From NCBI GenBank assembly GCA_037442985.1, contig JBBIPI010000001.1, positions 1 to 42,808 on the forward strand: a stretch of DNA of 42,808 bases, read 5' to 3'. Both the position numbers and the translations under genes were made by a program. Of the stretch, positions 28,775 through 38,359 are shown one piece after another. Position 1 is the first letter of the stretch; every line of letters starts with the position of its first letter. A model generated the notes under the pieces. It searched no databases. It had not been told where the DNA came from and saw only the letters and a list, made by a program, of their open reading frames with translations. This stretch comes from Clostridiales bacterium. Lineage in GTDB: Bacteria; Bacillota; Sulfobacillia; DYIH01; JBBIPI01.

Positions 28775-30250
28775 GTGCTCAGCCTGCTGATCTTTCTGCC
28801 CCTCCTGGCCGCGGTGCCCATCCTGCTGCTGCCCGCGGGGCGGGAGCAGGAGATCAAGCGCCTGGCCACCGCGGCGGCCGCCGCCCCCGTGCTGCTGGTG
28901 GCCCTCATGTGGCCCGGCCTGGGCGCCGGCGGGCCCGGCTTCCTCTACGAGGTGAGGGTGCCCTGGGTGCCGAGCCTGGGCATAGAGTACCACCTGGGGG
29001 TGGACGGGATCAGCTTCCCGCTCGTGGCCCTGAGCGCCCTGGTCTTCCTGGTCGCCGTCCTGGCCTCCTACGGCATCCGGGAGCGGGTCAAGGAGTACTT
29101 CGCGCTCGTGCTGGTGCTGGAGGCGGCGGTGATGGGGGTGTTCACCGCCCTGGACTACGTCCTCTTCTACCTGTTCTTCGAGCTCGTGCTCGTGCCCATG
29201 TACTTCCTCATCGCCATCTGGGGGGGGCCGCGGCGGGAGTACGCGGCCATCAAGTTCATCATCTACACCATGGCGGGCAGCCTGCTCATGCTCATCGGCA
29301 TCCTGGCCCTGTACTTCCACACCGGGGCGAACACCTTCTCCATCCCGGAGATCGCCCGCAGGGCGCCGGAGCTGGTGCCGCCCTCCTGGCGCCTGTGGGT
29401 GTTCCTCGCCCTCTTCGCCGGCTTCGCCGTCAAGGTGCCCGTCTGGCCGCTGCACACCTGGCTGCCGGACGCGCACGTCGAGGCGCCCACCCCCATCAGC
29501 GTCATCCTGGCGGCGCTCCTCCTGAAGATGGGCACCTACGGCCTGGTGCGCATCACCCATCCCACCCTGCCCGAGGCGGCGCGCGAGTTCGCCGCGGCCC
29601 TGGCCGTGCTGGGCGTGGTCAACATCATCTACGGGGCCCTGGCAGCCATGGCCCAGCGCGATTTCAAGAAGCTGGTCGCCTACTCTAGCGTCAGCCACAT
29701 GGGCTACGTCCTCCTGGGCCTGGCCGCTGGCACGGCGGCGGCGGTGAACGGCGCCGTGTTCCAGATGGTCGCCCACGGCCTCATCTCCGCCATGCTCTTC
29801 CTCCTCGTGGGCGTCTTCTACGACCGGACGCACACGCGGGAGATGGAGCGGCTGCATGGCATGTACCTGGCCACGCCCACCGCGGGCGTGATCCTGGCCT
29901 TCGCCGGGCTGGCCAACCTGGGCCTCCCGGCCCTGCCGGGCTTCGTCGCCGAGTTCTTCACCCTCCAGGGGGTGATGCAGGTGGGCACCGGCTTCTTCAC
30001 TCGCATCGCCTACGTGACCGTGATAGGCATCGTGTTCACCGCCGCCTTCAACCTGCTGATGATGCACCGGGTGCTCATGGGGCGGCCGCGGGAGGAGTTC
30101 GCGGCGCTGCCGGACGCCACCCCGCGCGAGTTGGCGACCCTCGTCCCCCTCATGGCCGCCTCCCTCCTGCTGGGTGTCTGGCCGGCGGTCATCATGCGGA
30201 TGACCAACGGCCCGGTCAGCGAGTTCATCCGCATCCTGGGGGGCGCCTAG
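28775..30250 (+). CDS. nuoM: NADH-quinone oxidoreductase subunit M
   Basis: 491 aa with KVPVWPLHTWLPDAHVEAPTPISVILAALLLKMGTYG. GTG start immediately after the nuoL stop. Confidence 0.95.
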   Translation: MLSLLIFLPLLAAVPILLLPAGREQEIKRLATAAAAAPVLLVALMWPGLGAGGPGFLYEVRVPWVPSLGIEYHLGVDGISFPLVALSALVFLVAVLASYGIRERVKEYFALVLVLEAAVMGVFTALDYVLFYLFFELVLVPMYFLIAIWGGPRREYAAIKFIIYTMAGSLLMLIGILALYFHTGANTFSIPEIARRAPELVPPSWRLWVFLALFAGFAVKVPVWPLHTWLPDAHVEAPTPISVILAALLLKMGTYGLVRITHPTLPEAAREFAAALAVLGVVNIIYGALAAMAQRDFKKLVAYSSVSHMGYVLLGLAAGTAAAVNGAVFQMVAHGLISAMLFLLVGVFYDRTHTREMERLHGMYLATPTAGVILAFAGLANLGLPALPGFVAEFFTLQGVMQVGTGFFTRIAYVTVIGIVFTAAFNLLMMHRVLMGRPREEFAALPDATPRELATLVPLMAASLLLGVWPAVIMRMTNGPVSEFIRILGGA

Positions 30251-30253
30251 GCG

Positions 30254-31708
30254 ATGCAGCTAGCGAATTTCCTGTTGATCCTGCCCGAGATCACGCTCAG
30301 CGCCGCGGGGCTGGTCCTCCTGCTCGTGGAGGCGTTCCTCCCGGCCGAGCGGCGCGAGCGGGCGGTGGAGGTGGCCGGGGTCGCGGTGGTGGGTGCCCTG
30401 GCGGCGCTGGCCACCCTGTGGAAGACCCCGGCCAACGCCGAGGGGCTCGGGGGGATGATCTGGAGCGACGGCTTCGGCCTCTTCTTCCGCACGGTGCTCC
30501 TCATAGTCCTGGTCATGGTCACCCTGACGTCCGTGGAGTACGTCGTCCGGCACCGCCTCCCGGTCGGCGAGTTCTACGCCCTCCTCTTCTTCGCCACCGT
30601 CGGCGGCATGCTCATGAGCGTGTCGGGCGACCTGATCATGCTCTACGTGGGGCTCGAGCTCCTCTCCCTGTCCTCGTACGCCCTGGTCGGGCTCCTGCGC
30701 CAGCGGGAGACGTCCCTGGAGGCGTCGCTCAAGTATTTCCTCAACGGGGCGCTGGCCTCCGCCCTGCTGCTGTTCGGTCTCTCCCTCCTGTTCGGCCTGA
30801 CCGGGACGACCAGCCTGCGGGAGATGGCCGCCCTCCTGGGGGAGGGGGCGCTGTCCTGGCTCGGGGCGGCCGCCCTGGTGCTGGTGGCGGCCGGGCTCGG
30901 CTTCAAGCTGGCCGTCGTCCCCTTCCACCTGTGGGTGCCCGACACCTACCAAGGGGCGCCGACCCCGGTGAGCGCCTTCCTGGCCGTGGCCTCCGAGGGG
31001 GCGGCCGTGGCGGCCATCCTGCGGGCGTTCTTCGTGGGGCTCGGCCCCTGGCGCGCCGACTGGAGCGAACTGCTGGCGGTGCTGGCCGTACTGACGATGA
31101 CGGTCGGCAACGTGGCCGCCCTGCACCAGCGCAACGCCAAGCGACTGCTCGCTTACTCCTCCATCTCCCACGCCGGGTTCATCCTGGCGGGCATCGCCAC
31201 CGGCAGCGCCACCGGCTTCTCGGCCGCCATGTTCTACGTCCTGGCCTACGCCTTCATGAACGTAGGCGCCTTCGCCGTGGTCGCCGCCCTGGCCAACCAG
31301 GGGGAGGGGGAGGAGCTGGACGACCTGGCCGGCCTGGCCCGGCGCGAGCCGATCCTGGCCTTCCTCATGCTCCTCTTCGTCCTCTCCCTCCTAGGCATCC
31401 CACCCCTGGCCGGCTTCTGGGCCAAGCTGTACGTCTTCCGGGCGGCGGTGGACGCCGGGCGCATCGGGCTGGCGGTGGCGGTGGCCCTCAACAGCGCCGT
31501 GGCCGTGGCCTACTACTACGGGATCCTGCGGGCCATGTACGTCGCGCCGGCGGCGGCGGGAAGAGCGGAGACGGGGGTGGCGGCCGGCGGCGCCATGCAG
31601 ATCGGCCTGGCATTGGCGGCCGCCGGCGTGCTCGTCCTGGGGCTCTTCCCCGAGATGTTCATCGGGTGGGTGACGACGGCAGCGGGCCTGGCCGGCCTGG
31701 CGCCGTGA
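30254..31708 (+). CDS. nuoN: NADH-quinone oxidoreductase subunit N
   Basis: 484 aa with GFKLAVVPFHLWVPDTYQGAPTPVSAFL and LLAYSSISHAGF. Confidence 0.95.
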   Translation: MQLANFLLILPEITLSAAGLVLLLVEAFLPAERRERAVEVAGVAVVGALAALATLWKTPANAEGLGGMIWSDGFGLFFRTVLLIVLVMVTLTSVEYVVRHRLPVGEFYALLFFATVGGMLMSVSGDLIMLYVGLELLSLSSYALVGLLRQRETSLEASLKYFLNGALASALLLFGLSLLFGLTGTTSLREMAALLGEGALSWLGAAALVLVAAGLGFKLAVVPFHLWVPDTYQGAPTPVSAFLAVASEGAAVAAILRAFFVGLGPWRADWSELLAVLAVLTMTVGNVAALHQRNAKRLLAYSSISHAGFILAGIATGSATGFSAAMFYVLAYAFMNVGAFAVVAALANQGEGEELDDLAGLARREPILAFLMLLFVLSLLGIPPLAGFWAKLYVFRAAVDAGRIGLAVAVALNSAVAVAYYYGILRAMYVAPAAAGRAETGVAAGGAMQIGLALAAAGVLVLGLFPEMFIGWVTTAAGLAGLAP

Positions 31709-32412
31709 GGCTGGGCGAGGGGTTGAGGCCGGCGCGACTGGTGCGCCGCCTCAACCGTTTCCTGGCAGAGGTGGACCTTGACGGCAGCACGTGCCAGGCC
31801 CACGTCCCCAACAGCGGGCGGCTCGGCGAGCTGCTCGCACCGGGCACGCCGGTGACGCTGGCCGCGGCGGGGGGCGGAGCGAGGCGGGCCGCGGGCCGCC
31901 GGACGGGCTACGACCTGGTGGCCGTCGTCCACCGCGGCACGCGCGTGTGCATCGACGCGCGCCTCCCGGGGCCGTTGCTGGCCGAGGCGATCGGGGAGGG
32001 GCGCCTGGCTGCCTTCCGGGGCTGCCGGGTCGCGCGGCGGGAGGTCCCCCTGGGGGAGAGCAGGCTGGACCTGGTCCTGGTCGACCCGGAGGGCCGCGCG
32101 TTCTATGTCGAGACCAAGTCCGTCACCCTGGTGCGGGGCGGGACGGCCCTCTTCCCGGACGCCCCGACGCCGCGCGGGGCGCGCCACCTGCTGGAGCTGG
32201 CGCGGGCGTCTGCCGGCGGCCTGCGGGCTGCGGCGGTGTTCGTCGTCCAGCGGGAGGACGCCGGGGGGTGGGCGCCCAACGAAGAGACCGACCCGCGCTT
32301 CGCGCAGGCGTTGCGCGCCGCCGCCCGGGCAGGGGTGGAGGTGCGGGCGGTGCGGTGCCGGGTGGGGGAGAGCACCGTCGCGGTAGTGGACGAGATCCCG
32401 GTTTTTCTTTAA
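31705..32412 (+). CDS. sfsA: sugar fermentation stimulation protein A homologue (SfsA, nuclease-fold DNA-binding protein)
   Basis: ARLVRRLNRFLAEVDLDGSTCQAHVPNSGRLGELLAPG...SRLDLVL...YVETKSVTL...ALFPDAPTPRGARHL is typical SfsA. GTG at 31705 overlaps the nuoN stop (GTGA). Confidence 0.88.
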   Translation: MRLGEGLRPARLVRRLNRFLAEVDLDGSTCQAHVPNSGRLGELLAPGTPVTLAAAGGGARRAAGRRTGYDLVAVVHRGTRVCIDARLPGPLLAEAIGEGRLAAFRGCRVARREVPLGESRLDLVLVDPEGRAFYVETKSVTLVRGGTALFPDAPTPRGARHLLELARASAGGLRAAAVFVVQREDAGGWAPNEETDPRFAQALRAAARAGVEVRAVRCRVGESTVAVVDEIPVFL

Positions 32413-32439
32413 TTTAGGGTGTGTCGGGAGGTGGAAGCC

Positions 32440-32547
32440 ATGGCCGTGTGGCAGTGTTCGGCCTGTGGCGCGGAAAAGGAGGGCCGGTGCAAGCCGCGCA
32501 AGTGCCCTCAGTGCGGCGCCAGCGACACGTTCCAGAAGAAGTCCTGA
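32440..32547 (+). CDS. 35-aa zinc-ribbon (rubredoxin-like CxxC...CxxC) mini-protein; not in the supplied ORF track
   Basis: ATG at 32440 follows GGGAGGTGG with 5-nt spacing. Translation is MAVWQCSACGAEKEGRCKPRKCPQCGASDTFQKKS*, with two CxxC knuckles (C6/C9, C22/C25) plus C17. It fills an otherwise empty gap between sfsA and rplU. Confidence 0.5.
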   Translation: MAVWQCSACGAEKEGRCKPRKCPQCGASDTFQKKS

Positions 32548-32559
32548 AAGGCGCTTCCT

Positions 32560-32588
32560 TTGACCGCGGCGCGGCCCCGTGCTACGAT
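32560..32588 (+). promoter_or_regulatory. sigA-type promoter (TTGACC-17-TACGAT) for rplU-prp-rpmA
   Basis: TTGACC at 32560-32565, a 17-nt spacer, and TACGAT at 32583-32588, about 33 nt upstream of the rplU ATG. Confidence 0.5.
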
Positions 32589-32620
32589 CAGTAATCGTGA
32601 GTGCGCCGGAGGCTGGGAAG

Positions 32621-32929
32621 ATGTACGCGATCGTCGAGACGGGTGGCAAGCAGTACCGGGTGCGACCGGGCGACGTCCTGGAGGTGGAGCGCCTGGCGGC
32701 GGAACCGGGTAGCCAGGTGACCCTGGACCGGGTACTGGCCGTGGGCCAGGGCGCGGATCTCCGCGTGGGCACGCCCACCATCGAGGGCGCGGCGGTGGTG
32801 GCGCGGGTGCTGGCGCACGGCCGGGGCCGCAAGATCCGGGGGTTCAAGTTCAAGGCTAAGGTGAACTACCGGCGCCGGTACGGACACCGGCAGCCCTTCA
32901 CGCGCCTCCGCATAGAGGAGATCAGGTGA
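32621..32929 (+). CDS. rplU: 50S ribosomal protein L21
   Basis: [25 protein letters not shown]...[33 protein letters not shown]. The track start at 32579 is an upstream extension. Confidence 0.96.
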   Translation: MYAIVETGGKQYRVRPGDVLEVERLAAEPGSQVTLDRVLAVGQGADLRVGTPTIEGAAVVARVLAHGRGRKIRGFKFKAKVNYRRRYGHRQPFTRLRIEEIR

Positions 32930-33276
32930 TCGAGGCGGAGGTAAGAAGGGACCGCGCGGGCCGCATCACGTTCTTCCGCGTGCAGGGGCACGCGGGGCCG
33001 GCCGAGAGCTGGAAGGCCCTCGTCTGCGCGGCCGCCTCGACCCTCTCCCAGACGGCGGTGCTCGGGCTGGAGAACGTCCTCGGTTTGCGGCCGCGAGTCG
33101 AGATCCGCGACGGCTACCTGTCCTGCGCCCTGCCGCCCGACCTGGGCGAGGCGGAACGATGGCGGGCCAACGACGTGCTGGAGACGATGCTCGCCGGGCT
33201 GCGCGCGCTCGCGGAGACGCACCCCGCCCTGGTACGGGTGCGGGATGAGGGAGGTGAAGGAACATGCGGCAGCTGA
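32926..33276 (+). CDS. prp: ribosomal-processing cysteine protease Prp (YsxB/DUF464)
   Basis: 116 aa with the His/Cys dyad context [26 protein letters not shown]. It sits between rplU and rpmA as in Firmicutes. The GTG start overlaps the rplU stop. Confidence 0.87.
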   Translation: MIEAEVRRDRAGRITFFRVQGHAGPAESWKALVCAAASTLSQTAVLGLENVLGLRPRVEIRDGYLSCALPPDLGEAERWRANDVLETMLAGLRALAETHPALVRVRDEGGEGTCGS

Positions 33277-33560
33277 ACCTGCTCCTATTCGCCCACAAGA
33301 AGGGGATGGGCAGCTCGCGCAACGGCCGCGACAGCAACTCCAAGCGGCTGGGCGTCAAGCGTTTCGACGGCCAGTTCGTCACCGCCGGCAGCATCCTGGT
33401 GCGGCAGCGGGGCACCCGGATCTACCCGGGCACGAACGTGGGCCGCGGCGGCGACGACACCCTCTTCGCCCTGGTGGACGGCGTGGTGAAGTTCGGCCAC
33501 AGGGGCCGGGAGCGCAAGGTGGTCCACGTCCTGCCGACCCTCACCTCCGTCACGGGCTGA
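33264..33560 (+). CDS. rpmA: 50S ribosomal protein L27 (with Firmicutes-type N-terminal propeptide)
   Basis: [37 protein letters not shown]... The propeptide ending in F before AHKKG matches the Prp cleavage-site pattern. SD GGAGGTGAAGG. Confidence 0.97.
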   Translation: MRQLNLLLFAHKKGMGSSRNGRDSNSKRLGVKRFDGQFVTAGSILVRQRGTRIYPGTNVGRGGDDTLFALVDGVVKFGHRGRERKVVHVLPTLTSVTG

Positions 33561-33575
33561 GGACGGTCGCGGGCG

Positions 33576-33614
33576 CCCGGGGCGGCTGGGCCCGCTCCGG
33601 GTGTTTTTGTTTTT
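33576..33614 (+). terminator. rho-independent terminator after rpmA
   Basis: CCCGGGGCGG (33576-33585), loop CTGGGC, then CCGCTCCGGG (33592-33601). This is a 10-bp stem with one G-U pair, followed by TGTTTTTGTTTTT. Confidence 0.85.
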
Positions 33615-33708
33615 GGGAGCAATTGGCCATTGCCAGGAGGAATTCGGTCATCGGAATCGAAAAAGCTGGCCAAAGTGGCGATTAATGTCATTAAGTAAGG
33701 GGTCAGGT

Positions 33709-35959
<2,251 letters not shown>

Positions 35960-35988
<29 letters not shown>

Positions 35989-36562
35989 GGTGAAGACAGA
36001 CCGTGCCAAGTTGATCGCCGCCGTGCGGAGCAGGCTGAGCGCGCGGCGCTTCGAGCACGTGCTGGCTGTCGCCGAGACGGCGGCCCGGCTGGCCTCGAGG
36101 TACGGGGCGGACGCCGAGAGAGCCTGGCTGGCGGGCCTCATCCACGATTACGCCCGCGAGCTGCCGCCGGCCGAGGCGGTGCGCCTCGCTGCCGCGCGCG
36201 GCCTCCTGGAGCGGGTGGACGAGCCGAGCGTGGCGCTCCTGCACGCCTTGCTGGGCGCCGAGCTGGCGCGGGAGGAGCTGGGGATCGAGGACGAGCAGGT
36301 GCTGCGGGCGGTCGCCTGCCACACCACGGGGGAGGCGGCGATGACGACGCTCGACAAGGTGGTCTACCTGGCCGACGTCATAGAGCCGGGCCGGCGGTTC
36401 CCGGGGGTCGAGCGGCTGCGGGATCTGGCCTGGCGCGACCTGGACGCCGCCGTCCTGGCGGCCTTGCGGCAGTCGGTCGCGGACCTGGTGCGGGCGGGCA
36501 AGAAAGTGGACAGGCGCACCCTGGCGGCCATCGCCAGCCTGGAGGGGACGGAGCGGGCGTGA
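35960..36562 (+). CDS. yqeK: bis(5'-nucleosyl)-tetraphosphatase (symmetrical), HD-domain protein YqeK
   Basis: RFEHVLAVAETAARLASRYGAD...LAGLIHDYARE...ACHTTG. Three clustered in-frame starts are possible (GTG 35960, TTG 35963, ATG 35966). It overlaps the nadD end. Confidence 0.85.
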
Positions 36563-37809
36563 CTAGGGGAGCGGCACCGCTGGGGCTGCGCCTAGCCCTC
36601 TGGGCCCTGGCGTTGATCGGCGTCTTCGCCCTGAGCGCCGGTGTGAGCCTGTTCGCCTTTCTCCGCAGCCTGGGCGGACGGGAGGCGGTGGCGGGAAGCG
36701 CCCTCTTGCCGGAGCCCCGTCCCGAGGAGCGTATCAACGTGCTCCTGCTGGGCGTGGACGCGGTGGAGAGCACGGAGCGGTCGGACACGATCATGGTGGC
36801 CAGCCTTGATCCCTTGACCCGGGAGGCGGCCGTCCTGTCCATACCGCGCGACACGCTGGTGAACCTCCCCGGCAGGCCAGGACGCGAGAAGATCGCCCAC
36901 GCGCACGCCTACGGCGGACCGCTGGCCTCCCTGCGCGTCGTCTCGGAGCTGCTGGACGTGCCGATCCACTACTACGTGAAGGTCGACTTCCGGGGCTTCG
37001 TCGCCCTGGTGGACGCGCTGGGCGGGGTCACCCTGAACGTGGAGAAGCCGATGCGCTATTCCGATCCCTATCAGAACCTGGAGATCGACCTGCAGCCGGG
37101 ACTCCAGCGCCTGGACGGGGACAAGGCGCTCCAGTTCGTGCGCTATCGCCAGGACGGTGATCTGAACCGCATCCGGCGCCAGCAGGCCTTCCTGCGGGCT
37201 CTGGCCGACGAGGTCTTCCGGGCCGGCACCGTGCTCAGGCTGCCCAGGGTGGTACTGGAGCTCTCGCGCTACGTGGAGACCAACATGTCCCCCGAGGAGA
37301 TCATGCGGCTGGCGCGCCTGGCCGCCGCGGTCGACCGGGAGAAGGTGGCCATGGACTCCCTGCCGGTGCGCCCGCTCTGGACCGGGCCGCCCGGGAGCGA
37401 GCATTATATTGGTGAAGAGGTTGACCCCGCGGGCGTGGCGACGGTGGTCGACCGCCTGCTGAGGGGCATCGACCGGGCGGCCAACGGGCGAATACGGGTG
37501 CGGGTGGTGGACGCTTCCGGCCGGCCCGACCAGGTGCAGCCGGTCGTCCGGCTGCTGAGGGACTATGGCTACTCGGTCCTCGCAGAGCAGGCCCGTGCCA
37601 GCGCGGAGGACGAGACGCGGGTCATCCACGGCGGGCAGGGGGAGAGCGTGCTCCGGGCCCAGGTGCTGGCCAGGACCGTATCCGCCGCACTCGGCCCAGT
37701 CAAGGTGTACAGGTCGAGGGCTGGCGGCTTTCCCTTTGGGCTGCGGGCCGAGGCCAGGGACCTGGAGGGGGCTGACCTGGTACTGATCGTGGGGAAGACG
37801 TCGGGGTGA
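36559..37809 (+). CDS. LytR-CpsA-Psr (LCP) family cell-wall glycopolymer transferase with C-terminal LytR_C domain
   Basis: N-terminal TM helix, then INVLLLGVD...RSDTIMVASLDP...LSIPRDT...HAHAYGG...VRYR, and a C-terminal IRVRVVDASG...LLRDYGYSV. The GTG start overlaps the yqeK stop. Confidence 0.87.
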   Translation: MTRGAAPLGLRLALWALALIGVFALSAGVSLFAFLRSLGGREAVAGSALLPEPRPEERINVLLLGVDAVESTERSDTIMVASLDPLTREAAVLSIPRDTLVNLPGRPGREKIAHAHAYGGPLASLRVVSELLDVPIHYYVKVDFRGFVALVDALGGVTLNVEKPMRYSDPYQNLEIDLQPGLQRLDGDKALQFVRYRQDGDLNRIRRQQAFLRALADEVFRAGTVLRLPRVVLELSRYVETNMSPEEIMRLARLAAAVDREKVAMDSLPVRPLWTGPPGSEHYIGEEVDPAGVATVVDRLLRGIDRAANGRIRVRVVDASGRPDQVQPVVRLLRDYGYSVLAEQARASAEDETRVIHGGQGESVLRAQVLARTVSAALGPVKVYRSRAGGFPFGLRAEARDLEGADLVLIVGKTSG

Positions 37810-38183
37810 GGGCGGGGGCGGAGCGAGCCAGGGAGCGGGCCGAGCGGGCCGCGCAGGCCGCTGAGGAGAAGAAGGCGCGCGACATCCTCATCATGGAGGT
37901 CGGGCCGCTGACGCCCATCGCCGACTACTTCGTGGTCTGCAGCGGCCAGTCCACCCTGCAGGTGCAGGCCATCGCCGACGCCGTGCGGGAGGCGATGGAG
38001 CGCGAGGGTGAGCCGTTGCGGCACGTGGAGGGGTACGAGCGGGCGCGCTGGGTGCTCCTGGACTACGGGGACGTGGTGGTCCACGTCTTCCTCGACGAGG
38101 AGCGGCAGTATTATCAGATCGAACGCCTGTGGCGGGACGCGCCGCGGTGGGAGCCGGGGCGGCCGGCCCTGCGGCAGCCTTGA
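37806..38183 (+). CDS. rsfS: ribosome silencing factor RsfS (iojap-like)
   Basis: KKARDILIMEVGPLTPIADYFVVCSGQSTLQVQAIADAV...WVLLDYGDVVVHVFLDEERQYYQIERLW. Confidence 0.92.
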   Translation: MRAGAERARERAERAAQAAEEKKARDILIMEVGPLTPIADYFVVCSGQSTLQVQAIADAVREAMEREGEPLRHVEGYERARWVLLDYGDVVVHVFLDEERQYYQIERLWRDAPRWEPGRPALRQP

Positions 38184-38208
38184 GTTCTCATGAGGGCGCC
38201 TTTATAAT
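38180..38208 (+). promoter_or_regulatory. sigA-type promoter (TTGAGT-17-TATAAT) upstream of tRNA-Ala / leuS
   Basis: TTGAGT at 38180-38185 overlaps the rsfS stop. A 17-nt spacer precedes a perfect TATAAT at 38203-38208, 37 nt before the tRNA 5' end. Confidence 0.55.
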
Positions 38209-38244
38209 GTACGGTGGCTTTCTCGCCGCGACAGGTTTGCCGGT

Positions 38245-38320
38245 GGGGGCATAGCTCAGCTGGGAGAGCGTCGCAATGGCATTGCGAAGGTCAGCGGTTC
38301 GAATCCGCTTGCCTCCACCA
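38245..38320 (+). tRNA. tRNA-Ala (anticodon GGC), CCA encoded
   Basis: Hand-folded cloverleaf: GGGGGCA/TA/GCTC-AGCTGGGA-GAGC/G/TCGCA-ATGGCAT-TGCGA/AGGTC/AGCGG-TTCGAAT-CCGCT/TGCCTCC/A/CCA. The G3:U70 alanine identity pair is present. Anticodon loop is A-U-GGC-A-U. Confidence 0.97.
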
Positions 38321-38359
38321 AAACTTTTATATCCCTTCGGCTTCAAAGGGGCTTGACTA

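Noticed and set aside
32548-32620. L21 leader RNA upstream of rplU
   Set aside because: With the promoter at 32560-32588, the leader would be only about 25-30 nt. That is too short for the structured L21 leader described in Bacillus.
38184-38359. T-box leader upstream of leuS
   Set aside because: The space is occupied by a promoter and a tRNA gene. Only 39 nt separate the tRNA from the leuS start, and no specifier-loop or T-box (AGGGUGGNACCGCG-like) sequence is visible.
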